This document shows, in pieces, positions 28,918 through 39,301 of a stretch of DNA of 64,000 nt. The DNA is from an uncultured archaeon (GTDB taxonomy: Archaea > Thermoplasmatota > Thermoplasmata > Thermoplasmatales > Thermoplasmataceae). Location of the stretch: assembly GCA_000965745.1 (NCBI GenBank), contig CP009479.1, positions 896,001 to 960,000 on the forward strand. Reading direction: 5' to 3'. The translations under genes and the position numbers were made by a program. The first letter of the stretch is position 1; every line of letters begins with the position of its first letter. The notes below the pieces were generated by a model that ran no database searches, had not been told where the DNA came from, and saw only the letters and a program-made list of their open reading frames with translations.

Positions 28918-30567
28918 TTGGAACTTTTTTACCCGGGGTGCTCCTATTTGAAAGCAACTTCACTGAGGGGTTTCATTGAGCGCTACGGATCATCCTATCC
29001 GGAGGATGTTTTCACCGAACAGTCTGAAGTTGATATTTTCTATGAGCCAACAGCTTATTACAAGCTTATGGAAACTGAAAACCCCCTGCTATTTTTTACA
29101 AAAATCAGAAAGTTCAGAGATTTCAATCTAGTCACTAATACCTTGGGCAGCAGAAGAAGAATGGCATTTGCCATAGGTACCGAAGAGGAAAACCTATATC
29201 AACAGTGGGACGAGGTCATTTCGAACGATGCTGAACCGAAAGTAATTGAAGGGCACAGCCCGGTCAAGGAAACACTTCAGACTGGCGATGGGCTGGACCT
29301 GTTCGGACTGCCTGCGCCGGCCCACTTTTCCATGGACGGTGAAATAAAGGGTTTCATGAGATACATAACAGGCGGACTTGCCGTGGCAAGGGACCCTTTG
29401 AACCCGGAAACGGTGAATCTGAGTTTCACTCGGATTCAGATAATCGGCAAGGACAGGTATGCATTTGATATGGGGAGCCATGGTCATCTCTGGAATTATG
29501 TTTATAACGCTAGAAAAGAAAGCAAACCAATGCCTTTAACAATATTGATTGGGCCTCACCCCGTTTTCTATATGCTTGCGGCGTCTTTTATCGAGAATGA
29601 ATACTCTCACGCCTCATATTTGGCCGACTTCAGGTATACTCCGGGAGAATTCAATGATATTCCTATTCCCGCTGATACTGAAATTGCAATAGAGGCAGAA
29701 GTCATGTTAAACGAAAACTTCAGTGAGGGTCCGTTCAGTGAATTCACTGGATATATGTCCTCAAGGAGTACTGGCAATGTAGCCAGAGTCAAATCAATAA
29801 TGAGGAAGCGCAATCCTATTTTCTACGATATAGCCGCATCCAATTCGCATGAACACGTTGGCTTGTTCAGCATACCGAGAAACGCCTCGATAATCCGGGG
29901 CATAAAACAATACCTGCCGCCTTCAGGGGGTTATCAGATTGACTGGCCATTCAGTTCTTCACACATGGTGGCTTTGTGCAACGTCAGGAATCCTGAGCCA
30001 GGGCTGTCTAAACAGCTGGGGCTTGCAATAATAGGTCTTGACGCGCTATTTACTAAGATAGTCTTTATTTCTGAGGGCGGACAAAAAGTCCCGAGCCTGG
30101 AAGAAGCTCTGCTAAGTCTCGCAGGTTCCGAAATTATTGAAGGGCATAACCTATTGCTTATTCCGGAAGTCTTCACCATAAAGCTTGATCCTTCCTCATC
30201 AAAGGAAGGGACTAACGGTAAGGCAGTGTTCCTCTTTCATAATTCGGTCACCTCATTCGAAAGAGAAATTCTAGAGAATGCTGTCAGGATCACCAGTGAC
30301 TCAAAAAGTGTGGTATTTTCCCATGAAGAAAACGATGCCTGCAGAGTCAATGTATTGGTAGACCATGATATAGATCTGGATAACACAGACGCAGTGATGT
30401 GGGCGATTGCAACACGAACAAGACCCGACAAGGATATCAGGTTAAATAAAGGAAGACTCGTAATCAATGCAAGATCAAAAACCCGCTTGATAGTTCCTGA
30501 ACTGCCCCCTGAGATTGTTGAGAGGATAAAGAAAAGGCTGAATAGTGCGTCCAGCATAAAAAAATAG
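28918..30567 (+). CDS. UbiD family prFMN-dependent decarboxylase
   Basis: YITGG, NLSFTR, EGPFSEFTGY and DHDIDL...VMWAIATR motifs. Confidence 0.88.
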   Translation: MELFYPGCSYLKATSLRGFIERYGSSYPEDVFTEQSEVDIFYEPTAYYKLMETENPLLFFTKIRKFRDFNLVTNTLGSRRRMAFAIGTEEENLYQQWDEVISNDAEPKVIEGHSPVKETLQTGDGLDLFGLPAPAHFSMDGEIKGFMRYITGGLAVARDPLNPETVNLSFTRIQIIGKDRYAFDMGSHGHLWNYVYNARKESKPMPLTILIGPHPVFYMLAASFIENEYSHASYLADFRYTPGEFNDIPIPADTEIAIEAEVMLNENFSEGPFSEFTGYMSSRSTGNVARVKSIMRKRNPIFYDIAASNSHEHVGLFSIPRNASIIRGIKQYLPPSGGYQIDWPFSSSHMVALCNVRNPEPGLSKQLGLAIIGLDALFTKIVFISEGGQKVPSLEEALLSLAGSEIIEGHNLLLIPEVFTIKLDPSSSKEGTNGKAVFLFHNSVTSFEREILENAVRITSDSKSVVFSHEENDACRVNVLVDHDIDLDNTDAVMWAIATRTRPDKDIRLNKGRLVINARSKTRLIVPELPPEIVERIKKRLNSASSIKK

Positions 30568-30572
30568 AAAGG

Positions 30573-30596
30573 TTGAAGGGGTTCAAACCCCTCCAA
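30573..30596. terminator. Hairpin between convergent ubiD-like and MFS genes
   Basis: TTGAAGGGG-TTCAAA-CCCCTCCAA, with one mismatch. Confidence 0.45.
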
Positions 30597-30619
30597 TAAT
30601 CAATTACACACCCCCTGTT

Positions 30620-31945
30620 TTACTCTATTCTAACATGTCTTGTTTCTTTCACAAACATAAGTGCGATTATGGATGCAATGACGACTATTATCCCAACCGT
30701 TTCTACATACGGCCACGAATTCAGAAGGCCACCGGATAGAACGATAATTGCCGGTAGAACGAATACAGTAATCAGTCCTGCAATAAGTCCGCCAAATGTG
30801 TATGCAAGGCCAGAACCTGAAGCTCTATATCTGGTGGGAAATGATTCCGCGAAAAGCGTGTTTTGTGACGCAATAGTAAATACCGTGGGACCAAACAGCA
30901 TCATGTCTGCAAAAATGACTAGTCCATGATTCATGGTGTTTACCAGCGGGAAAAATATTATAACACTTACCAGAGCCCAACTTGCACCCAAAACAAGCAT
31001 ATTCCTTCTCCCAAGTCTGCTTCCAAGCACGAATCCAAGCATAAGTGTGAATATTCCAAAGGCAAAAGATATGGATGTTGCGTAGGTGAGAAACACGGGG
31101 GGCAGTCCCTTTGTAGCCAGATATCTCACTGAAAATGGAACTTCTATTGCTGATACAAGGGTGATCATGAATCCTATGGCAAAAGCAAGGAGTATTATTT
31201 TCTTCCAGTAGAGTTTAAGAGTCTGGGAGGCAGGGGAGGCCTCAACAGCTTTTCTATCAATCAAATCTCTCATGAATGGGCTCTCTGCAACTTTGTACCT
31301 GATTACAACACCAATTACAACAAGTGCAGCTCCAAACACGAATGGAATTCTCCACCCTACTGTGACAAAGCTTGCCTTGTAGAATGACGCAAGGGCTGCA
31401 AAGCTTAACGAGGCTGCCAACAACCCAAGAGGCACAGGGGTCGCCCATAGATTCCAAAAAGGTCTCCATTTTGAATTCTTTGATGTTTCTGTTATCCATG
31501 ATACGGCCCCGCCAAATTCTCCTCCTATTCCTATTCCGAAAAGGAGCCTGAAGATGAACAGCAGGGCTATAGATGTAACACCGATTGAAGCATACGGGGG
31601 CGCAAGCCCTATACCTAAAAGTCCAACGCCCATTGCCGTCATGGTCAGCAGAAGGGTAGTTCTTCTTCCGGCTCTATCGGCAACCTGCCCAAAGATGAAC
31701 GCTCCGACTGGGCGTGCCAGAAACACTACTCCAAAGGATGCGAAAGAGAGAGCTGAGGCTAATGATGCATTATGAACCCCCGAAAAGAACACTGCAGGCC
31801 AAACACTTGCCGCAGCAAATGATGCAATAAAAAAATCAAAGTATTCCACAAATCCCCCGAAACCTGCCGCAAGGGTAACCTTCGCAAGTGCATTGGTTGA
31901 ATTCTTCGGTTGTGTCTCTAAATTAACATCGACTGTGGTATCCAC
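30620..31945 (-). CDS. MFS transporter, MHS (ProP/ShiA-like) family
   Basis: EYFDFFI, ARPVGAFIFG, GGEFGGA, GWRIPF and ESFPTRYR motifs. Confidence 0.9.
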   Translation of the reverse strand: MDTTVDVNLETQPKNSTNALAKVTLAAGFGGFVEYFDFFIASFAAASVWPAVFFSGVHNASLASALSFASFGVVFLARPVGAFIFGQVADRAGRRTTLLLTMTAMGVGLLGIGLAPPYASIGVTSIALLFIFRLLFGIGIGGEFGGAVSWITETSKNSKWRPFWNLWATPVPLGLLAASLSFAALASFYKASFVTVGWRIPFVFGAALVVIGVVIRYKVAESPFMRDLIDRKAVEASPASQTLKLYWKKIILLAFAIGFMITLVSAIEVPFSVRYLATKGLPPVFLTYATSISFAFGIFTLMLGFVLGSRLGRRNMLVLGASWALVSVIIFFPLVNTMNHGLVIFADMMLFGPTVFTIASQNTLFAESFPTRYRASGSGLAYTFGGLIAGLITVFVLPAIIVLSGGLLNSWPYVETVGIIVVIASIIALMFVKETRHVRIE

Positions 31946-32155
31946 GACTGATCAACATGATTCACTCGCTTGAAATATTTAAATGTTTACTATTGAAAAC
32001 ATCTACATTCGATATATTTTTATATGAATGTGGGAAGATTTCGGGTCGATAGTATATTTATAGGTAACCAATGATGGAAATCCAGCTAACCATTATGCTT
32101 ATGATGTTGGATACTATCACCATCGGCCGCAATATGGCTGTATGGTGAACTCGAT

Positions 32156-33583
32156 ATGCCTGGAAATGGGAATGATGAAAGAGTTGATTTTAAGGGAAAA
32201 TATGTCGTGCTTTCGGTCACGACTCTTGCCCAGTTTATGGCTGCAATAGATGCAACCATTGTTTTCCTTGCAGTCCCATCTATGGGCCGATATTTCCACA
32301 CAAACGCCTCATACATGACCATTCTTGTTGTTGCATACATAATATCCACAACCTCACTACTTCTTCCCAGCGGAGCTATTGGCCAGAGGTTCGGCAGAAA
32401 GTTTCCATTCCTCATTGGATTTGCTATTTTTGCTATATCTTCTCTTGGAATAGCCCTATCTCCAGGAATTCTGTGGGCTATCGTCCTCAGGGCAATAGAA
32501 GGATCCGGGGCAGCTCTTATGCTTACACTGGGCATACCGATACTTCTCAAGGCATTTCCACCGGAGGAAAGGGGGAAAGCAGTAGGCATAAGCTCCACCT
32601 CGTGGTCAATCGGGGCTCTTCTTGGGCCAATCGTGGGTGGTTATCTCGTGACGTTTGCCTGGCAGTATATTTTCCTGATAAACGTCCCCATAGGCATCAT
32701 AGCAATGGTAATGGGATTCTACAGAATCCCTAAGGAGGAAGGGCTTTCTACAGTCAAAATCAACAAGATGAACGTTGCCGGTTTTCTTGCTTTTCTCGTG
32801 CCTCTTGTAATAGGTATCGCATTCATCAGCATTTACTGGATCGTCGCTTCATTAGTTCTTCTTCCTGTATTTCTGCTCACGCAAAGGGGTCACCCGCTCA
32901 TTCCGGTCGAGCTCTTTTCCAACAGGAAATACTATCCAATTATTCTTTCAGCTGCATTGCAGGGCATAGGCTTCATGGGCATACTTTACGTTCTGAGCGT
33001 ATTCTTCCAGAGTGATCTGGGCCTCTCATCAATCGAAGCTGGACTCGCGGTATCCGCTTTTCCGGCCGCATCGATTCTCGGAACTCCTCTGGGGGGATAC
33101 CTGTTGGACAAAACTGGAAGAGGGGGGTCGCTTATGTTTCTAAGCATGGCATTGCAGGGTGTTGCCATCTTCATGATGGTTTTTTTCATCAGGGATCTGC
33201 ACACTATGATTATTCCCCTGCTGATAGCGGGTTTTGGGGGATCTGTGTTCTGGTCAGTCTCCACAACGCTAAGTGTGGATGTTGCAGGAGACAGGTTCAG
33301 GAACATGGCCAGCGGGACCCTGTTTACTGTGAGAAACGGAGCCCTTATAGTGGGCATAGCGCTTCTGCCGGTATTCATAAGCTTCTTCTCCAGTTCGGGT
33401 GCTTCAGGAACGCTTCTGATTTTCGGGACAGGTGTGAGTATATTAGAACCTGTGCGGGCATACATTATCTTCCTGGCAGCCATATCTTTAGTTTCTTCTG
33501 CTATCCTTGCCGCCACTAGGAAAAGATGGGACGTTCCCGGTGAAAAAGTGAGTTCAGCAAAAGAGAACCCTTCCGAAAGTTGA
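32156..33583 (+). CDS. MFS efflux transporter (DHA2-like)
   Basis: DATIVFLAVP, FPPEERGKA, GPIVGG and WQYIFLINVPIG motifs. Confidence 0.9.
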   Translation: MPGNGNDERVDFKGKYVVLSVTTLAQFMAAIDATIVFLAVPSMGRYFHTNASYMTILVVAYIISTTSLLLPSGAIGQRFGRKFPFLIGFAIFAISSLGIALSPGILWAIVLRAIEGSGAALMLTLGIPILLKAFPPEERGKAVGISSTSWSIGALLGPIVGGYLVTFAWQYIFLINVPIGIIAMVMGFYRIPKEEGLSTVKINKMNVAGFLAFLVPLVIGIAFISIYWIVASLVLLPVFLLTQRGHPLIPVELFSNRKYYPIILSAALQGIGFMGILYVLSVFFQSDLGLSSIEAGLAVSAFPAASILGTPLGGYLLDKTGRGGSLMFLSMALQGVAIFMMVFFIRDLHTMIIPLLIAGFGGSVFWSVSTTLSVDVAGDRFRNMASGTLFTVRNGALIVGIALLPVFISFFSSSGASGTLLIFGTGVSILEPVRAYIIFLAAISLVSSAILAATRKRWDVPGEKVSSAKENPSES

Positions 33584-33704
33584 TCCTAATGATTACGCGC
33601 ATCCTGTGCCAGAGGAATGTTTCTGCGAAAAACAGTGCGGCATTTCGCCCTATCGGGTAAAGTTTAATATCGGATGGGGAACATTTTGTTAGAAGGGGTA
33701 AATA

Positions 33705-34298
33705 ATGGACGATCACGATCCATTGAGGGCCCGGATCAGTAATGCCAGAAGGTACAGCGAACTGCTGGGCCTTAGGGATTCTGTCTGGAATCTCAGTGGG
33801 AAGATCGATTTTTCATCGTACGTAGATCTAAGGAAAAGAGTAGATGATAGGATCAGGGATTTCGAAACCCCCGAATGCGAAGACATTGAGATAAGGATAC
33901 TTTTTCCCGACAGGGACCCTTCTTTGCTTGACCTTAGGGAATGCAGGATAGCAATGGGAAAGAATGCGTCTCTGCCGAAATACATCTTCTCAAAATATGA
34001 CAATGCTGAGGACATCGAGATCAGACCTCTGGGAATATCAATGGAGGGTGAAAACTCAAACAGCACTGCGTTTGATCCACAGAAGGCGGGAGATTCAAAC
34101 GCACATTTCAACCCAAAACTGGGAATTCTCCAGAACAGGATCGAGAAAGTCATCAAGCTTGCCAACTATATGAATGAGACTTATTCCACGGTAATTCCGA
34201 AGATATCTTCCGATCTGAATGATATTGTTTCAAAACTTGAAGAACTCTACAAGAGAGTTTCCAATAATGAATATGAATTGAGAGACGGTGGCATTTAG
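33705..34298 (+). CDS. Hypothetical protein with C-terminal coiled coil
   Basis: 197 aa ORF with an ATG start and purine-rich RBS, filling the gap; no recognised motif. Confidence 0.6.
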   Translation: MDDHDPLRARISNARRYSELLGLRDSVWNLSGKIDFSSYVDLRKRVDDRIRDFETPECEDIEIRILFPDRDPSLLDLRECRIAMGKNASLPKYIFSKYDNAEDIEIRPLGISMEGENSNSTAFDPQKAGDSNAHFNPKLGILQNRIEKVIKLANYMNETYSTVIPKISSDLNDIVSKLEELYKRVSNNEYELRDGGI

Positions 34299-34304
34299 CT
34301 GCAT

Positions 34305-34973
34305 TCAATGCAGGACAGTCTTCTTGGCCACAAGATTTTCAAGGAACCAGTCTCTTGCCAAGTCTGCCACTTTTTCCAGCGTGCCGGGCTCTTCAAAGAG
34401 ATGTGTTGCCTCGGGAACTAGTTCCATCCTTTTTCTGCACTTCAGCTTGTTGTATGCGCTCTCATTAAGCTCCACGACTCCGTAGTCGCTGGAACCAACT
34501 ATCAGCATAGTTGGCGAGTCCACTTTTTCGAGGATCTCCCAGGCAAGGTCCGGGCGCCCGCCTCTTGATACAACAGCACCCACCTCTGTTTTGCCGGAGG
34601 TTGATGCCCTAAGGGCAGCCGCTGCACCGGTGCTCGCGCCGAAATAACCGATTGGCAAACCCGCGGTCTCAACGTTTTTCATTATCCAGTTTGTTGCCAT
34701 AACAAGCCTTCCGGAGAGAAGCTCGATATCAAAAACGTTTGCCCTTTCCATGGACTCATCGGGTGTAAGAAGGTCGAAAAGCAGCGTTGCAGCTCCAGCC
34801 TTGTTCAGCAATCTCGCAACGAATTGATTTCTCCTGCTGAATCTGCTGCTTCCAGACCCATGTGCAAAAATCACAATACAGCTGGCTTCTGCGGGAATTG
34901 CCAGAAATCCGGGGAGATCAACGCCTTTTCCGGAAATTGTGACTTCTTTAACGATGGCAGAATTGCTTTTCAT
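34305..34973 (-). CDS. Dienelactone hydrolase-like alpha/beta hydrolase
   Basis: HGSGSSR, GASTG, SRGGRPDL and ATHLFEE motifs. Confidence 0.88.
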   Translation of the reverse strand: MKSNSAIVKEVTISGKGVDLPGFLAIPAEASCIVIFAHGSGSSRFSRRNQFVARLLNKAGAATLLFDLLTPDESMERANVFDIELLSGRLVMATNWIMKNVETAGLPIGYFGASTGAAAALRASTSGKTEVGAVVSRGGRPDLAWEILEKVDSPTMLIVGSSDYGVVELNESAYNKLKCRKRMELVPEATHLFEEPGTLEKVADLARDWFLENLVAKKTVLH

Positions 34974-35242
34974 CTCATGTCCCCAAATTAAACAATCTTA
35001 CGTAAAATATTAACGTAGTACCGTCATAGTAACACTTCAGCTTACAAAGTGTCAAACCCATAAAACTCGATCAGGTCACATATTGCCGCTTATGGAAGGG
35101 GTTTGGCTCTCATTCCGGTATGGCAGTTAGCCATGTTCAGGCCACGGTGGCTGGAAGTGTATATGTCTAAATAACCGGAAACGATATTCGGTTGCATGAA
35201 GAACCATAAACCACGGTCCTTGCCACTGCCGCAGGTGCATTT

Positions 35243-36160
35243 ATGATATCAATTGAGAACGTTTCAAAATCCTATTCCCCAAAATCTCCGCTTGCTGTTG
35301 ATGAAGTTACATTAGAGATAAAAGATGGGGAAATTCTGGGCCTTGTAGGCCTTAACGGTGCAGGAAAGACAACTACTATCAGGATGGCATCTGGAATAAT
35401 ACTTCCAACAACGGGAAGCATTAAGGTCGATGGCTTTGATATCGTTGAGGATAAGCTCAAGGCATCTTCCAGAGTGGGATGGATACCGGAATTTCCAAAC
35501 TTCGAGCCAAATGCAAAACCCCTCCCCCTCATGAAATATTTCGCCGGCTTTTACGATCTGGGCAGGAAGGATGTAGATACATTGATCAATGAGCGTCTGG
35601 ACAGTGTGGGTCTTGCACCATACCTCAACCGGAAACTCAGGACCTATTCCCAGGGAATGAAAAAGAGGTTTTCAATTGCCGAATCCCTTATAGGCGATCC
35701 TCAGAACGTGATGTTTGACGAGACCCTTAATGGGCTTGATCCCGAAGGTGTGGTATTCGTAAGGAAGTTGATAATGAGCCTTAAATCAGAAGGAAAGGCT
35801 ATACTCCTGTCATCGCATATTCTGACGGAAGTTCAGAACATAGCAGACAGGGTTGCGATAATAAGCCACGGCAAACTGATCAAGACTCTCACGAAGGACG
35901 ATATGAAGAGCCTTGGAAAGGAGGCAATACACATTACTGTTGATAATCCGGACGGAAACCTGTCCGGCCTGCTTGATCAATATGGAACAGTGTCAGTGTC
36001 GGCAGGGGAGATCACAATAACAGACCTGTCAGTGCAAAAATCCGATTATCCCGAAATCCCGGCACTGCTCATAAGCAAAGGATACAGGGTCAGGAATTTC
36101 AGCAGTACAGGAGTAAGCCTTGAGGAGTATTTCTTCACACTGGTTGGTGATAAGCTTTGA
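35243..36160 (+). CDS. ABC transporter ATP-binding protein
   Basis: GLNGAGKT, YSQGM, FDE and SSH motifs. Confidence 0.93.
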   Translation: MISIENVSKSYSPKSPLAVDEVTLEIKDGEILGLVGLNGAGKTTTIRMASGIILPTTGSIKVDGFDIVEDKLKASSRVGWIPEFPNFEPNAKPLPLMKYFAGFYDLGRKDVDTLINERLDSVGLAPYLNRKLRTYSQGMKKRFSIAESLIGDPQNVMFDETLNGLDPEGVVFVRKLIMSLKSEGKAILLSSHILTEVQNIADRVAIISHGKLIKTLTKDDMKSLGKEAIHITVDNPDGNLSGLLDQYGTVSVSAGEITITDLSVQKSDYPEIPALLISKGYRVRNFSSTGVSLEEYFFTLVGDKL

Positions 36161-37617
36161 GGCCAATTACTTATGAAATAAGACGTACTCTTACCAGCAA
36201 ATTTGTCATTCTCATGATTGTGGCAATTGTGGGGCTTTCCACGCTGCTTGCCTATGAGTCAGCGGCTACATTCCAGTCGTCCCCTCTCGTGTCGAGCACT
36301 CCGTCTGTAAATTACGGTTATTACATCTCCAGCGAAAATATCACTGTGGTCACCTACTCCTATGAACCATCCGGCTCACCATACAACGGACTGCATATTT
36401 ATGTCAACTCCCAGAACGATACTTCTTATCCTCTTGTGTCAAACAATGCCGGATTCGCCAATGTAACAATGCCATATAATCAGACAAGCAAGCAGCCCCT
36501 GTCATTCAATTACACTTACAACATATTCGGCAGAACAATATCAGTTCCAAAGACCCAGATTGCTGTAAATCCGCTAATCATGTTCTCCGGATATACTATA
36601 GTTCCGAGACTGGTAGATAACCACAATACCTCGAACTTTGGGTTCCAGGTCCTTTATGTGGGGGCAAATGGTTCCAAGGCTCCTTTGACTCACATCAGCG
36701 TTGCGACTTACCAGCAAGGCGAGACGAGCTCTGAAGTGGTATCAAACGCAACCTATTCCACAAACGTTTCAGGCTTCTCAGTCATAAACGTCTTCCCGAA
36801 AATACCGGACCACCTTTACAACCAGACTTTCGGGCTCGCAGTGATAAGCAATGGCCAGAATGTCACCACGTCAGGCCCATATGCATTTCCACTTGGAAGG
36901 CTGTCGACATATTCGCCCATGACTCAGGAAAGGCTTCAGACCCTTGTATTCAGTGGCATTGGCCCAATCCTGGGATTCCTGATTCCAATCCTGGGAGTTT
37001 TCGCAGCCTACCTGACATATGGAAAGGACCGTACCACGGGAGTTCTTGAATCGGTGCTGAAACGTCCGGTCACAAGGCAGGGCCTAATATCTTCAAGATT
37101 CGTTGCAAACTCGGTCTCGATAGTAGCTTCAGTGATTGTTTCAATGATATTCGCAGACCTGATAATCATGCATTACTTTTCACTTGGTCTTTCAACCTAT
37201 TTCTCACTCTTCTTTATCTGGACATATATTGTCGAGGGGCTGTCATTCCTGGCTCTGATCTACATGTTTGCCCATGTCGTCAAGTCTCAGGGCGCATTGC
37301 TTGGTGTCTCGATCGCGGTCTTTGTGGTCATGGCACTTTTCTGGTCAATAATTCCGTTCACAATTCTGGCGGCCCTGAATATTGCACCGGCAAGCTCGAC
37401 CTATATCTTTGCATCAGTTGTGTTCAACTATGCCAGCCCATCAGGTTATTCCAGCCTGGTGCAGTTTCTGTTCACAAACCACATTGGGCTTCTGAGCACA
37501 TTAAGTGCAAACCCGGCAGCTTATGCTGTTACTGAGCCTCTGCTGATTGCAGCCGGTATACTCTGGATAGCAGTTCCATTCGGCATTGCTTACTATCTTT
37601 CCAAGAAGTACGACTAG
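36157..37617 (+). CDS. ABC-2 type permease with large extracellular domain
   Basis: GKDRTTGVLESVLKRPVTR motif; N-terminal TM, Asn/Ser/Thr-rich ectodomain and C-terminal TMs. Confidence 0.85.
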   Translation: MRPITYEIRRTLTSKFVILMIVAIVGLSTLLAYESAATFQSSPLVSSTPSVNYGYYISSENITVVTYSYEPSGSPYNGLHIYVNSQNDTSYPLVSNNAGFANVTMPYNQTSKQPLSFNYTYNIFGRTISVPKTQIAVNPLIMFSGYTIVPRLVDNHNTSNFGFQVLYVGANGSKAPLTHISVATYQQGETSSEVVSNATYSTNVSGFSVINVFPKIPDHLYNQTFGLAVISNGQNVTTSGPYAFPLGRLSTYSPMTQERLQTLVFSGIGPILGFLIPILGVFAAYLTYGKDRTTGVLESVLKRPVTRQGLISSRFVANSVSIVASVIVSMIFADLIIMHYFSLGLSTYFSLFFIWTYIVEGLSFLALIYMFAHVVKSQGALLGVSIAVFVVMALFWSIIPFTILAALNIAPASSTYIFASVVFNYASPSGYSSLVQFLFTNHIGLLSTLSANPAAYAVTEPLLIAAGILWIAVPFGIAYYLSKKYD

Positions 37618-37669
37618 AATGAGAGGAAGCTTTTGCGGAAAGGATGCCTTCAAACATCACTTTCCCCTC

Positions 37670-38176
37670 TCATGCATTTCCTTTCTTTTTAACGAACAAT
37701 CCGAGCCCTACGACAATCAGGCCGGCAATGCCTGTCATTATGCCAAAGAGGGTCAGCAGGCTGAAGATTGAGGTATACGGGGCGTCATGTATGGCGGTGT
37801 AATGGATTGAAGGGGCTGATGAGGAAAATGCCACTATGTAATACTGTCCAGGATCATTTATGAAGGATATGATAAACGTGTTGCTTGTGTTGGAGGTCTG
37901 GTTTGGGGTCATTGAATAATGGGAGAGATCAGATTGATTTACCGCTGACAGCTCTGATGCGGGCACGAGCCCCACTGTAAAGTTTTCTGACATGGTTACA
38001 TCAATATCTGTGCTGGAAGTCGAGTTCAGCTTAACGGATATCCATTCTCCCGCGCCATGGGGGTTAGTTACTGAACCTTTGGAAACGTGGCCGTTGACAA
38101 CTGAAGCGGAGGAGAACAGCATAGTGGCTCCCAATGCAAGAATTACGACTCCTAATGCAACTACCTTCCGCCTCAT
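37670..38176 (-). CDS. Hypothetical membrane protein (two TM, small ectodomain)
   Basis: N-terminal and C-terminal hydrophobic helices with a basic tail. Confidence 0.7.
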   Translation of the reverse strand: MRRKVVALGVVILALGATMLFSSASVVNGHVSKGSVTNPHGAGEWISVKLNSTSSTDIDVTMSENFTVGLVPASELSAVNQSDLSHYSMTPNQTSNTSNTFIISFINDPGQYYIVAFSSSAPSIHYTAIHDAPYTSIFSLLTLFGIMTGIAGLIVVGLGLFVKKKGNA

Positions 38177-38385
38177 ATCACGTTTACACCCTTCTCGTCC
38201 TGTGGTTTCAGTTACTGTAGCTATATTTAATCATGCCTAATGGCTTTGTAATAATTTTATATCTGAAACAGAGGATTCCTAATAAATCTGGTCCAGACTA
38301 TCCTCACACCGACCTATAATAAGTAGACTTGAACTAAGTCCGTTTCCTGCTCGATCTTAAGCTGTGCAAATATAATAAACAGGAA

Positions 38386-39222
38386 CTAATGAGTTCCTTT
38401 TGTTTCGGTTTCTTCAAGGTTGTTCAAGAATTCAAGAGAACTCTTCTTTGCCTTATCGGCTGCAGCTTCAATGGCTTTCATGAAGGCCGTTGTGATCCTT
38501 GAATCCTCAAGTTCGTAGAGTGCCTCTATTGTAACGCCTCCGGGCGTTATGACAGTCTCCTTTAGGGCTGAAAGTGAATCTCCGCTCTCAGCAACCAGTT
38601 TTGCTGATCCCAGGATAGTCTGGTATGATGCTCTAAGTGCAAGCTCTCTTGGAAGCCCTACTTTCAGGCCGGCATATACCATTGCCTCTATGACTGTGAA
38701 AATATATGCGGGACCACTTCCGCTAATCGGCGTCAGGGCATCCATGTATCTCTCCTCTATCTTCTCGACCTCTCCGAAGCATCTCAATATATCAAGGGCC
38801 TGTTTTTCTCCTTCCTCCGAGACTTTTTCAGTTATGCTGTAAGCTGTGAACCCGCCCCCTACTCTGGATGCAACATTTGTCATCGCCCTGATGACTGTCG
38901 ATTCGGGAAGAAGCGATTCAAGTTTCGAAAGAGGCAGGCTGGCGCATATTGATATCACCAGTTTGCCCTTCAGCTCACCCTGCATCTGCTGAATCTGAAC
39001 TACAGTCTCGGCAGGCTTAAGTGAGAATATGATCGCATCAGACTTCACGATTGCTTCTCTGTTGTCGGATGTAACTTCCATTCCCATTGTCTTGAGGTCA
39101 TCCAGTTTCTCTACCGATCTCCGTGTAGCAACAACGCTGTATCCGTTGTTCTTGAGGGCAACTGCAACTGCGCTGCCCATTGTGCCAGCTCCTATTATTG
39201 CTACTGATTTATTGCTCATCAT
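38386..39222 (-). CDS. proC: Pyrroline-5-carboxylate reductase
   Basis: GAGTMG, RAMTN, SGSGPAY and TPGGVT motifs. Confidence 0.95.
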   Translation of the reverse strand: MMSNKSVAIIGAGTMGSAVAVALKNNGYSVVATRRSVEKLDDLKTMGMEVTSDNREAIVKSDAIIFSLKPAETVVQIQQMQGELKGKLVISICASLPLSKLESLLPESTVIRAMTNVASRVGGGFTAYSITEKVSEEGEKQALDILRCFGEVEKIEERYMDALTPISGSGPAYIFTVIEAMVYAGLKVGLPRELALRASYQTILGSAKLVAESGDSLSALKETVITPGGVTIEALYELEDSRITTAFMKAIEAAADKAKKSSLEFLNNLEETETKGTH

Positions 39223-39301
39223 CTATCAAATCCGTTTGCGCCAATTATACGGTTAACGTACTAAAGTTGAACGGAAAGAACTTAAATACAATGAAAAAGG
39301 G

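Noticed and set aside
30573-30596. tRNA T-arm remnant or attR of an island at tRNA-Val
   Set aside because: It shares only GGTTCAAA with the tRNA, the stems differ and the loop is 6 nt. I found no repeat of the tRNA 3' end, so island limits are undefined.
32060-32150. Box C/D sRNA or fluoride riboswitch (two ATGATG motifs)
   Set aside because: No correctly spaced CTGA boxes and no matching riboswitch pseudoknot.
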